Shown here: piece after piece, positions 8,606 to 18,078 of the stretch | How positions within the stretch are numbered: position 1 is the stretch's first letter | How the letters are laid out: each line of letters starts with the position of its first letter | Source of the DNA: Deltaproteobacteria bacterium | GTDB lineage: Bacteria > Desulfobacterota > UBA8473 | Assembly: GCA_030623035.1 (NCBI GenBank) | Contig: JAUXFK010000001.1 | Coordinates: forward strand, 1 to 48,486 | Reading direction: 5' to 3' | Length of the DNA: 48,486 nucleotides | The notes under the pieces: generated by a model | Database searches by the model: none | What the model saw: the letters and a program-made list of their open reading frames with translations, nothing else | Told to the model about the DNA's origin: nothing | Made by a program: the position numbers and the translations under genes

Positions 8606-9790
8606 ATGGGGGCCGCTCTTGAGGGTGTAAGGGTATTAGATCTCAGCAAACGCTTGGCAGGCCCTTTTGCTTCTACGATCCTAAGTGATTTTGGGGCCGA
8701 GGTAATCCGGATCGCCCCCTTACACAGGGCCAAAGAAGAAGCGCTGACTGAACCGATCCTGGGTCAGCATAATTACTACTTTACTGTCAATAGAAACAAG
8801 AAGAGTATTCTCTTAAACCTAAAGGAGAAGGAAGGGCGAGATGTCTTCTACAACCTGGTTCGAAAGTCGCATGTGGTCATAGATAATTTCCGTCCGGGTG
8901 TAGTAGAGAAACTGGGTATTGATTTTCCCACTTTGAGTCTCATAAATCCGAAGATCATCTGTTGTTCGATAACAGGGTACGGTTCTACGGGGCCCTATGC
9001 TTCACGTCCCTCCTATGACGGCACGATTCAGGCCTTGAGCGGAGTGATGAGTATAACCGGAGAGCCAGGCGGAAGGCCTCTGCTGGTGGGGGTTCCCATT
9101 GCCGATCTTGCCGCTCCTTTATTTGCCGCCCATGCCATTCTGGCTGCAGTCTTTGACGCAGAAAGAACAGGAAAAGGCCAAAGAATAGAAACCTCTATGC
9201 TCGCCTCCATGATTAGCCTTCTACAAGTCCACGCTGCCAATTACTTTACAACTGGAGAGATTCCCGGACCAGCAGGCTCAGGACAGAACCTGCTCAAGGG
9301 GGTAGTCCACTATGGCGTATTTAAGACCAAGGACGGGTATATCTTCATAACTGCCCACCGAAGCTTTTATAACCTCTGCAAGGCCATAGGAAGAGAGGAT
9401 CTTATAACAGACTCTCGATTTGACACACAGGCCAAACGGAGGCAAAGGGGCGAAGAACTCAATTCTATTGCTCAGGAGGTCATAGAGACCCGGGAAACCA
9501 AAAAGTGGTTTGAGATATTTGACCAAACGGATGTCCCTTATGCCCCAATCAATACCGTAGACGAGGTCTTTAAGGATCCTCAAGTCGTTCACTTGGGTGT
9601 AATAGCCACTCAGGAAAAGCTAGGCCAACGAATCAACATCATCAGGAATCCTGTAAGCATGCCCGGAGTGAAGAAGGAATTGGAACCGGCAGCCCTGCCA
9701 GGAGAGAACACAGAGGAGATCCTGACAAAGATTCTCGGTTATAGTGAGGCAACGATTGATGAGCTGAGGAAAAAGGAGATTGTCTGCTAG
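8606..9790 (+). CDS. Family III CoA-transferase (CaiB/BaiF type)
   Basis: 394 aa. N-terminal GVRVLDLS...AGPF and the VVIDNFRPG motif. Paralogous to 18880..20067. Confidence 0.88.
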   Translation: MGAALEGVRVLDLSKRLAGPFASTILSDFGAEVIRIAPLHRAKEEALTEPILGQHNYYFTVNRNKKSILLNLKEKEGRDVFYNLVRKSHVVIDNFRPGVVEKLGIDFPTLSLINPKIICCSITGYGSTGPYASRPSYDGTIQALSGVMSITGEPGGRPLLVGVPIADLAAPLFAAHAILAAVFDAERTGKGQRIETSMLASMISLLQVHAANYFTTGEIPGPAGSGQNLLKGVVHYGVFKTKDGYIFITAHRSFYNLCKAIGREDLITDSRFDTQAKRRQRGEELNSIAQEVIETRETKKWFEIFDQTDVPYAPINTVDEVFKDPQVVHLGVIATQEKLGQRINIIRNPVSMPGVKKELEPAALPGENTEEILTKILGYSEATIDELRKKEIVC

Positions 9791-9913
9791 CTTTCCAAAT
9801 GCCCCTTTTTTTACCAATCGTGTCATTAAATTTGTACAGAAATCTTCCTTGGGTTATAGATATTCGGGAGCTTCGAAAAATTATCCCAAGTCGTTTAGAA
9901 TACATCTTTAACC

Positions 9914-10238
9914 GTAACTACTCAGGTTGTCAGGTTCAAGCCTGCCCTGGCGCTGTTTACTATGCATTCCCATCATTACTATGCTGACAATATCCCAGGT
10001 GCTCTACAATGAGCCAGGGAAGCCAGGTCTGGGCCAGGGGTTCACAGTTCACGGTTGGGAGCATCCAGTGCAACAAAGAGTTCACTCTGGACTTCCGTGC
10101 AAGACAGCGTTGCGTATCACAAGAACTGCCTGCCTGTAGTGGACCCAGACAGGGATGAACTCCGCATTCGTCTCGGAATCAAACCCCTCTTTCATCAGTT
10201 TAACCTTGAACTCCGGAACTTTGAACCTGAGTAGTTAC
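9914..10238 (+). mobile_element. MITE type C, 325 bp, perfect 15-bp terminal inverted repeats (TIRs) and an 8-bp target-site duplication (TSD)
   Basis: GTAACTACTCAGGTT (9914..9928) is the exact reverse complement of AACCTGAGTAGTTAC (10224..10238). CTTTAACC flanks both ends directly (9906..9913 and 10239..10246). There is no convincing ORF. It is GC-richer than its surroundings. Confidence 0.75.
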
Positions 10239-10465
10239 CTTTAACCCATCTAAGGATCTGTTCCAGGAATTTTCTTAAACTCGTCCAGAGGGTCTAATAC
10301 CAATTTGCAAACTAATTAATATGATACAAGAGAGGATTCTGAGGCGGTAACCGTATTTACTCTTAGTTGTTAAGGAGGTTTTAAGGATGTATAAAGGAAT
10401 GCGCAAAAGATATTATCCGATAATTGAAAAACCATTGATGCTGGAAAACTTGGGCAGGTGCGCGC

Positions 10466-11746
10466 TTGTCTATTAGAAATAATAAAAAAGAACCGGAGTT
10501 TTTCTATGGCTGGGTCATCTTAGGAGCCTGCTTTGCCACGACAACCATGGTGGGCGGATTATACTATTCATTTGGGATATTTTTTACACCATTATTAGAG
10601 GAATTTGGCTGGAGCCGGGCTTTGGTCTCATCAGTAGGCACGGTTAATTTGCTCGCATTTGCTTTTTCTTCTATGTTGTTTGGCAGATTGATTGACCGAT
10701 ATGGCCCCAGGATAATCCTTGCATGCAGTGCTGTTATCATCGGTCTTGGATATGCCCTTTGCAGCCAGGTGAACTCCATCTTTCAATTATACCTGTTCTA
10801 TATTATAGCCTCTCTAGGATCAGGGCCTACATGGGTATTGCCCACTTCCATAGTGCAGCGATGGTTTGTAAAGAGGAGAGGTTTTACCCTCGCGCTGGTT
10901 ACTACCGGCATCGGTTTTGGAGCCTTGATCTTTTCCCCGATATTGAACCATATTATCTATACATATGGTTGGCGTGTAAGCTATATAATCCTGGGTATTC
11001 TTACTTGGCTTATCCTGACTGGGGCGTCTGTTGTTATGGTGGCTGATCCTGAAGAAAAGGGGATGAAGCCTTATGGCGAGGAAGAGTTAGTGGCCGATAT
11101 GGCCAGCAGCAAAACGACAGATTATCAATCAACAGAGTCTGTGTCCATGGTGTCAAAAACCGTGGAATGGGGGGTCGATGAAGCGATAAGAACAAAGGCT
11201 TTCTGGGGTCTCGTTGTATTGTATATGTTTGGCCTTTTTCCAATATATATGCTTGCAATGCATATCGTTCCTCACGCAATTGATATGGGGATTTCAGAGG
11301 GAGTGGCCGCTGGAGCCTTAGGCCTTATCGGTGCTACCAGTATCGCCGGCCGGCTGCTGGGGGGTGCTATTGCAGAAAGGCTTGGTTGGACGAAAGGCCT
11401 GGCATTATCCTGTTTTCTCACCAGCCTATCGGTATTTTGGCTCATCGCAATCCACAATGCCTGGATGCTCTACGTGTTTGTTGTTACATATGGCCTTTTC
11501 TATGGATCAAGGGTACCGCAGTTTCCTGGTATCGTTGGCTTTTTTTTTGGAAGCACCTCTCTTGCTTCGCTTATTGGCCTTTGCCATGGCCTATCAATCC
11601 TTGGCAGTGCCGTGGCCCCTGTTGTCGCCGGATTGATTTTTGATAAAACAGGGAGCTATACTGTAGCCTTTTTAATAGCGGGCATCGCTTCTTTCATTGC
11701 TGGAGTTCTGGCACTGTTGCTGAAGCCACCGAAGAAAAAGAGTTGA
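10466..11746 (+). CDS. MFS transporter, oxalate/formate-antiporter-like
   Basis: 426 aa with about 12 predicted hydrophobic helices and a central hydrophilic loop. FGRLIDRYGPR MFS loop motif. TTG start is the most upstream in-frame start. Confidence 0.85.
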   Translation: MSIRNNKKEPEFFYGWVILGACFATTTMVGGLYYSFGIFFTPLLEEFGWSRALVSSVGTVNLLAFAFSSMLFGRLIDRYGPRIILACSAVIIGLGYALCSQVNSIFQLYLFYIIASLGSGPTWVLPTSIVQRWFVKRRGFTLALVTTGIGFGALIFSPILNHIIYTYGWRVSYIILGILTWLILTGASVVMVADPEEKGMKPYGEEELVADMASSKTTDYQSTESVSMVSKTVEWGVDEAIRTKAFWGLVVLYMFGLFPIYMLAMHIVPHAIDMGISEGVAAGALGLIGATSIAGRLLGGAIAERLGWTKGLALSCFLTSLSVFWLIAIHNAWMLYVFVVTYGLFYGSRVPQFPGIVGFFFGSTSLASLIGLCHGLSILGSAVAPVVAGLIFDKTGSYTVAFLIAGIASFIAGVLALLLKPPKKKS

Positions 11747-11768
11747 CCTGCAACCCCATCACTTTCCT

Positions 11769-12935
11769 TTATCTATTTCGATAATTATAGGGTAGGTATT
11801 CCCTGCCGAAGATTTCGCGCTGTACTACCAGTTTCGATACCTGAGAGGTGCCATCAGCGATCTCAACCGCCATTACGTCTCGTAATCTCTGCTCTAACGG
11901 AAATTCCTGGGTATAACCGTAATGCCCGTGAAGGACAAGACAGTCTCGAATGGCATTCGTTGAGAATCGGGGAGCCATCCATTTAACCATCCCTGCCACT
12001 TTTGAGGTGGACATTCCCTGATCACGCATCCACAGGCCCTTATAGCAGAGCAATCGTACGGCCTCGAGGATACTGATATGCTCAACAATCGGAAATGAAA
12101 CACCTTCAAATGTTGCCAGGGGTCTGTCAAACGCGATTCTTTGCGTGGTATGCCTTATCGTTTCTTCCAGTGATACCATGGCCGGTGCTATCCCCTCCAG
12201 GGATAAGAGTATCCGGCTGACATCAAAGCCCTGCATGCCCATTTTGAATCCTGTACCCTCTTGTCCAATCATGTAATCTTCCGGAATTTCAACATCCTCC
12301 ATAAATATAGAACCCCGGGTTATTCCTTTACAGCCCATGTCTTCATAAGATTGACGCGTAATACCAGGCAAATCAGTGGGGACGACAAAACAACTGACCC
12401 CCCTTGCACCGGCATCTGGATCGGTCTTTGCAAATACCAATGCAATGTCCGCATCCATCATCGCTGTAATTCCTGATTTTTCACCATTCAAAATGTAAGC
12501 GGCCCCTTTCTGAATCGCCCTCGTTCTCATTGCTACAGCATCAGTACCAGCCCCGGGTTCTGTCATGCAAAAGGCAGGAATCGTATCCCCTGATAAAAAG
12601 GGCTCAAGAAACTCCTTTCTGATCCTTTCATTACCCTGTTCCAGCAATACGGCACACAGATGTCCGACAACAAAGGTGGACATTGTCAAACTGCAGTCCC
12701 CCTTGGACACCTCTTCCGTAATCAATCCTTCAGCCACGTGGGATACACCCATACCCCCTTTATCAGGCGATACTGAACTTCCTAAGAGTCCTAATTCACC
12801 CATTTTTTTGTTGATATTACGGGGAAATTTACATTCACGGTCCCATTTCGAATAAAAGGGGGCGACTTCTTTTTCTGTAAACTTTCTTACCATATCAGCC
12901 AAGGCCTTCTCTTCGGCAGTAAATTCAAAATCCAT
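11769..12935 (-). CDS. Acyl-CoA dehydrogenase family protein
   Basis: 388 aa with an ACAD N/M/C layout (FTEKEVAP..., CMTEPGAGTD, C-terminal EIADGTSQV). Confidence 0.9.
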   Translation of the reverse strand: MDFEFTAEEKALADMVRKFTEKEVAPFYSKWDRECKFPRNINKKMGELGLLGSSVSPDKGGMGVSHVAEGLITEEVSKGDCSLTMSTFVVGHLCAVLLEQGNERIRKEFLEPFLSGDTIPAFCMTEPGAGTDAVAMRTRAIQKGAAYILNGEKSGITAMMDADIALVFAKTDPDAGARGVSCFVVPTDLPGITRQSYEDMGCKGITRGSIFMEDVEIPEDYMIGQEGTGFKMGMQGFDVSRILLSLEGIAPAMVSLEETIRHTTQRIAFDRPLATFEGVSFPIVEHISILEAVRLLCYKGLWMRDQGMSTSKVAGMVKWMAPRFSTNAIRDCLVLHGHYGYTQEFPLEQRLRDVMAVEIADGTSQVSKLVVQREIFGREYLPYNYRNR

Positions 12936-13296
12936 TCATTTCCCTCCCAGATTTTATTAAATCAAAATCGTCTATCCTTAAGAATCCCTTTTCCGCCTGG
13001 AAAAAATTATCTTCACCCTCTTGTTCCATTATGGATGAAGATCATTCGTTGCTTTTGTTTAGACTAAATACGCGCCTTTTTTATACCAGTACCCCGGCTA
13101 AATTTCCATAAAAATTTTTAATCAGTTGATAAAAATTTCTCTTTAAACCTTTCCAACTATTTTAGTTAAAAGGCTTTACAAAAGCTATAGATATTGATAG
13201 CTATAAGAGATTATTTATATCTTGATTCGAAATTTAAGGAATTCATGTTTTTTTCTTAATGTATTTTTGTTTTTATATGAAAAGTGAATTTATTAT

Positions 13297-13755
13297 ATGC
13301 TTTGCAGGTTGACTGTCTTTTGTATTTCGATTGCTGTCATTTTTAGTATTTGTCTATCCCATGGGATTTCAGGCCGAGAAAGGACCATGGCGATTCTTGA
13401 TCAAATGCTAGAAACAGGTCACTTGACAGGAAAGCATTGGAGGGTAACCGGGATACTGGATGATCGAATCAACATCACCAAGTATCAGCGTACGATAACC
13501 CTTGCCTGTTCAGCATCAAAGGATATACAGGTAGGGGATCGGATTAGCTTTATTGCTAAGATAGACAATACCAACAAACCCTCTGACCCGATATGGTATC
13601 CTGTCCGGATTTACTTTCATGTAAACAGCGCTTTCAAGTATTGGATTTCTGTTCTTTCCGTATTGATCGTATTCATTATGGGGTTTAGATACGTTGGATT
13701 TGATAGAGAATCCTTTGGTTTGATATTGAAAGGGGAGGGGAAGATAGATGCCTGA
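13297..13755 (+). CDS. Hypothetical membrane-anchored protein
   Basis: 152 aa with hydrophobic segments at the N- and C-termini. Overlaps the next ORF by 8 nt, suggesting translational coupling. No family recognised. Confidence 0.4.
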   Translation: MLCRLTVFCISIAVIFSICLSHGISGRERTMAILDQMLETGHLTGKHWRVTGILDDRINITKYQRTITLACSASKDIQVGDRISFIAKIDNTNKPSDPIWYPVRIYFHVNSAFKYWISVLSVLIVFIMGFRYVGFDRESFGLILKGEGKIDA

Positions 13756-14233
13756 TGGCTTAACCCATTTATTGGCAGGTTATGTTGGTAGTCAACGTTG
13801 GCTAAAAGGGGGCCGGTTAACCCTCTTTCTCATTGGCTGCCTTTTGCCCGATATCCTTGCAAGAGGGGGTCGGCTGTTTTTTATGGGGCATCTCCAGATT
13901 GATTTTATCGAATTGTATATAGTGACTTTACATACTCCCTTTACCTGTTTATTCCTTTGTTTGGCAATCGTTCAACTCTTCAACTCTCGTTTTCAAAGAG
14001 AAGCTTTCATGCTTTTGTATTCAGGATCCATGGTGCACTTCGTACTCGATTCCTTACAGCGCACCATAACGGGTTTTGGCTTTACAAGAGAGTTGTTAGA
14101 TGGTTATCATTGGCTCTATCCGTTCAGTTGGTACGATTTTCAGTTTGGGCTTTTCTGGCCAAAAGATGCTCTTTTTGCCTTGATTCTTCTCTTGCCTCTA
14201 TCGCTCTTGTTTTTTTTGCGAAAAAAACGTTGA
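13748..14233 (+). CDS. Membrane-bound metal-dependent hydrolase-like protein (YdjM/DUF457-like)
   Basis: 161 aa. N-terminal MPDGLTHLLAG and LPDIL motifs, several transmembrane segments. Confidence 0.5.
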   Translation: MPDGLTHLLAGYVGSQRWLKGGRLTLFLIGCLLPDILARGGRLFFMGHLQIDFIELYIVTLHTPFTCLFLCLAIVQLFNSRFQREAFMLLYSGSMVHFVLDSLQRTITGFGFTRELLDGYHWLYPFSWYDFQFGLFWPKDALFALILLLPLSLLFFLRKKR

Positions 14234-14441
14234 GTTGATTGTATAGGAATGGTATTTACCCATCTTAGAGGAAAACATCGGGTTTATCAAAGACTAAATG
14301 GGGGCGAAATCACTCCTTATATCCTGTTAGTTTCTCTGCTTTTTCCCCATAAAAAACTCTTTACAATCCCCATGTGTATTGATAGGTTTACACAAAAGTC
14401 GTAAATTTGCCGGCATGAGAAAATGAAAGGGGGTATCTACG

Positions 14442-15263
14442 TTGCAAAGTAAGATATCGACTGCTATTCGGCTGAAATATCCTCCGGTCGCTCTGCTCTG
14501 GTCTGATAAAAGTCCTGAAAAGCCCATTCAATTTAAGAAAGGAAGATGGGGCTGTGTCATGTGGCTCATAGCGAGCGCTGCAAAGAGAAAAACATCAGCT
14601 TGTGATAGGGAAACATTCGGTTGTTTTGGCGGCGGGGTTGGACTCGGTTTTGGAAATCAATATAAAAACTTTCCCGGCGGTGAGGAATGCTTTTGTCATT
14701 TTCTTTCATCGGGTAACGAACTATGGGAAACAGGCCGACAAACGGCCGATATGGTAAAATCATTTTTAAAAGATGAAACATATGAGCATTTTGTTCATGG
14801 TGAGCGCTATCTCAAGACTCCAAAACGGGTCAAAAAATTCATCGAATACCTCCCCATTACCGACATTCCTGCGAAATATGTTGTATTCAAATCGTTAGAT
14901 TCCGTAAACAGTGAGAATGAAACTCCTCAATCGATTATATTCTTCACAGATCCTGATCAACTGTCTGCATTAGTTGTACTTGCTAACTATGGTCGATGGG
15001 ACAACGAGAATGTCATCATTCCGTATGCTGCCGGTTGCCAGACTATCGGCATCTATCCGTATCAAGAAGCAAAAGCTGAAAAGCAGCGTGCTGTGGTAGG
15101 GCTTACGGATCTTTCAGCACGCGTGTATATCCGCAAACAGCTTGGTGACAATTTGATGACTTTCACGGTGCCCCTGGCCATGTTCCAGGAGATGGAAGGA
15201 AATGTTGAAGGATCCTTCCTCGAAAGATCCACATGGCAGAGTTTACTCAAAATGAAGGGGTAA
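14442..15263 (+). CDS. DUF169-like protein
   Basis: 273 aa. TTG start preceded by GAAAGGGGG. Cys/Gly-rich core (WGCVMW...FGCFGGGVGLGFG) resembles the DUF169 family. Assigned from memory only. Confidence 0.5.
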   Translation: MQSKISTAIRLKYPPVALLWSDKSPEKPIQFKKGRWGCVMWLIASAAKRKTSACDRETFGCFGGGVGLGFGNQYKNFPGGEECFCHFLSSGNELWETGRQTADMVKSFLKDETYEHFVHGERYLKTPKRVKKFIEYLPITDIPAKYVVFKSLDSVNSENETPQSIIFFTDPDQLSALVVLANYGRWDNENVIIPYAAGCQTIGIYPYQEAKAEKQRAVVGLTDLSARVYIRKQLGDNLMTFTVPLAMFQEMEGNVEGSFLERSTWQSLLKMKG

Positions 15264-15528
15264 TCCGTTGAAAAATGTGTGCGTTGGAGGAGCGCCCGAA
15301 GGGCGTCTGTTCAACTCGCATGGTGTATGCCCGGCATGGGCGTGTGCTTATGGGGTGAAACCACCTGTATGTGAACCCTGTTAATGTGTTGAACACATTA
15401 ACAAAAGTACTAGCCGAAGGCAAGGGTATTATAGTGAGGTAAGAGGGAGGGGCGTCCTCTACATTTAGTTGGGGGCTCTTGAACTGCCAAGGTTACAATT
15501 GCGGGGTCGATGCGACCTCGACAATGCT

Positions 15529-15960
15529 TTACAGTTTAGAAGGAAGTACAACAACCGTTGTTCCTGGGGTTGTCTTATTGCCTTTTTTATCCTCAGTCCA
15601 TATCTCACACTCTACTATATGCTCTTCGCCTTGAACATATTTCTTGGTGATTTTGCCTTTGCAGACGATATCTTCACCGGGCATATCATTTCCTCTGTAA
15701 TTACATGCAAGCCTTTTCAGCTTACCCTTATCCCCGATCCATTCTGTCATGAGTTGTCCAAGAAAAGCCGCTTTTAGACGGCCGTGGAGGATAACATCAG
15801 GAAAACCAAGGTTTGTTGCATAATCTTTATCATAGTGCAGCTCATTTAAGTCACCGGATGCCACTGCCCATTTAACTAACTGTCGTTTTGTTGGATGTTT
15901 GGTAAGGGGTGGGATATCTGAGCCTACCTTGACGTCTTCATAAAATAACTGGCTTGACAT
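15529..15960 (-). CDS. MaoC-like (R)-specific enoyl-CoA hydratase, hotdog fold, catalytic subunit
   Basis: 143 aa with the hydratase-2 motif SGDLNELHYDKDYA. Confidence 0.85.
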   Translation of the reverse strand: MSSQLFYEDVKVGSDIPPLTKHPTKRQLVKWAVASGDLNELHYDKDYATNLGFPDVILHGRLKAAFLGQLMTEWIGDKGKLKRLACNYRGNDMPGEDIVCKGKITKKYVQGEEHIVECEIWTEDKKGNKTTPGTTVVVLPSKL

Positions 15961-15979
15961 CTTATAAATCTCCTTATTT

Positions 15980-16402
15980 TCAATAGTTTATTAGGGTGCT
16001 ATTCCCTTTCGCCGCTAAATCTCCTCTGTGGTTAGTGACGGTTGTTTCAGTAACAATGAAGAGCAGTTTTCCAGCCTTTCCCTGCCGCTCGTAAATATCG
16101 GCTAACTTACTCGTGCAAGTTATGACATCGCCGACTTTTACAGGGAGGTAGAATTCCCAGTCACCGCCTCCTGCTACTGTGCGATTCATGGGGAGGTTTT
16201 CAGGTAGTTTGCCTCCTCCTCCAGTCACCATGGCAGATAATATAAAGGCGGGAGCTGCCAAATCAAGCCATCTGGGGTTAGAGTCTTCTATAGCTTCAGC
16301 GATTCCCCGAAGCATGGTCTTGTCCACTTCAAACACGACTTTGTTTGTCTCCATGCCTAACATACTTTTCATTTCTTCGGTTATTACTGAGTCATTACTC
16401 AT
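15980..16402 (-). CDS. MaoC N-terminal-type hotdog protein (non-catalytic partner subunit)
   Basis: 140 aa with hotdog-fold length and pattern. Lies immediately upstream of the catalytic MaoC gene in the same operon, a ChsH1/ChsH2-like split arrangement. Confidence 0.7.
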   Translation of the reverse strand: MSNDSVITEEMKSMLGMETNKVVFEVDKTMLRGIAEAIEDSNPRWLDLAAPAFILSAMVTGGGGKLPENLPMNRTVAGGGDWEFYLPVKVGDVITCTSKLADIYERQGKAGKLLFIVTETTVTNHRGDLAAKGNSTLINY

Positions 16403-16463
16403 AGTTCACTCCTTTCCATCTTATCTGATGTTGGAAGTTCTCTTTAAGACCTCATAGTTCAAG

Positions 16464-17696
16464 TTAAACGTTTTGATATGCCTTATGTCCGTCTATTATT
16501 ACCAATTCTGTTACAGATCGATAATCTAGAGGGTAGCCACTGAAGACAACCAGGTCTGCATCCTTGCCTACTTCCAGGCTGCCCACCCTGTCGGATATAC
16601 CGATTATCTCAGAGGGATTTATAGTAATGGCCTTGAGTGCACAATCCTCCTTCATGCCATGTTGCACAGCCAAAGCCGCGTTTGTGGTGAGGTATTTTAC
16701 TGCCGACATTTCATCGGTTTGAATGGCCACCTTAACCCCTGCATTGCTCAGAATACCGGGGTTCTTCGGGGTCATTTCCCGCAGCTCGTATTTCATTTTG
16801 GAAAAAAGAATGGGGCCAACCACACAGGGGATCCCCTTTTGAGCAAGGATTTCCGCTATTTTAAAACCTTCGGTTGCATGCTCGATTGAAAACATAAGAC
16901 CGAATTCTTCGGCTATACGCACTGCTGTCATGATGTCATCTGCCCGATGGCAATGAATCATGGCCCTTAATTTTCCTTCAAGCACTGGAATAAGAGATTC
17001 CAGTCTGATCTCTCGCTCCGGCGGATCCGGTTCTTCTGGCCGCTCATCTTTGTCCTGCTCTTGGTTTATCTCCCATTTACAGAGTTGATTTCGAAAGTAG
17101 GTATGCTTCTCTTCGTAGCGAATCCATTTATCGCGATAATTTTGGGCTTCCACCAAAACAGAGCGAAGTTGGGCGGCATTTGCCATACGCGTTGAGGGGA
17201 ATTTGTGTTGTTCCCCATATACCCGCTTGGGATTTTCGCCCAGGGCCATCTTCATTCCCGAAGGCGCCATAATAATCATCTCTTCAATTGTTTTAGCCTT
17301 CTTTGTCTTAATGCAGGCGAATTGTCCTCCAATCAGGTTGCTACTGCCTGGACCGGTATTTATGGTCGTAACCCCTGCCTCTCGCAGATCCTTAAAGGCC
17401 ATATCTTCTGGGTGGATGGCGTCAATTGCCCGCAGATGTGGGGTAACAGGTTCTGTCATCTCATTGCCGTCATACTCGTTTGAGCCAACCCCATCGGCGA
17501 AGATGCCCGTGTGGCAATGGGCGTCGATAAGACCAGGCATGACCACTTTCCCCGTTGCGTCATAGACTTCGGCCCCACCTGGTATATTCACATCTTTACC
17601 CAAAGCCACAATACGTCCGTTTTCAATAAGAACCGTTCCTTTTTCTATGGTGCCTTGAGTAATCGTCATCAGTGTTCCATTGGTAATAGCAATCAT
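16464..17696 (-). CDS. Amidohydrolase-family metallohydrolase
   Basis: 410 aa. N-terminal beta-sandwich followed by PGLIDAHCH (HxH metal motif). C-terminal GSLEVGKDADLVV. Confidence 0.85.
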   Translation of the reverse strand: MIAITNGTLMTITQGTIEKGTVLIENGRIVALGKDVNIPGGAEVYDATGKVVMPGLIDAHCHTGIFADGVGSNEYDGNEMTEPVTPHLRAIDAIHPEDMAFKDLREAGVTTINTGPGSSNLIGGQFACIKTKKAKTIEEMIIMAPSGMKMALGENPKRVYGEQHKFPSTRMANAAQLRSVLVEAQNYRDKWIRYEEKHTYFRNQLCKWEINQEQDKDERPEEPDPPEREIRLESLIPVLEGKLRAMIHCHRADDIMTAVRIAEEFGLMFSIEHATEGFKIAEILAQKGIPCVVGPILFSKMKYELREMTPKNPGILSNAGVKVAIQTDEMSAVKYLTTNAALAVQHGMKEDCALKAITINPSEIIGISDRVGSLEVGKDADLVVFSGYPLDYRSVTELVIIDGHKAYQNV

Positions 17697-18078
17697 TATA
17701 CTCCCTCCAGGTCAGTTATTAAATTTATTAAACTACTACTTTTGAGTTTCATAGTATGATCGTATATAATAGCTTATGCCATTTTCACCGTCAAGGACTG
17801 AAAATACCACATGAACGATCTGCTTCTTTCTCTTTCGTTGGTATCCAAGTAATATCCAATGCCTTTACCCACCTAAGCCCTTGCCTTCGGCTATTACTTT
17901 TGCTAATATGACAATTATGTCGACCAAAGTATAGGCACAAAAGGAAGAAGCCCTTTGCAGATGCGAAGCAGAGGATTGAAACGGTGCTCTACCGAGCTTT
18001 TTTTATAGAGGTAGGAGAGAATATAACCCCGGATTGATAAAGATGAGGGGTTCTTAAAAGTTGTCTGGAGGATATGAA

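Noticed and set aside
9799-10139. ORFs of 62 and 70 aa inside the type C element, and the 62-aa ORF at 39953..40141 in the partial copy
   Set aside because: The only shared peptide (GLPCKTA) comes from the conserved 19-nt core. The rest is unrelated, and there is no RBS. I treat these as non-coding element sequence.
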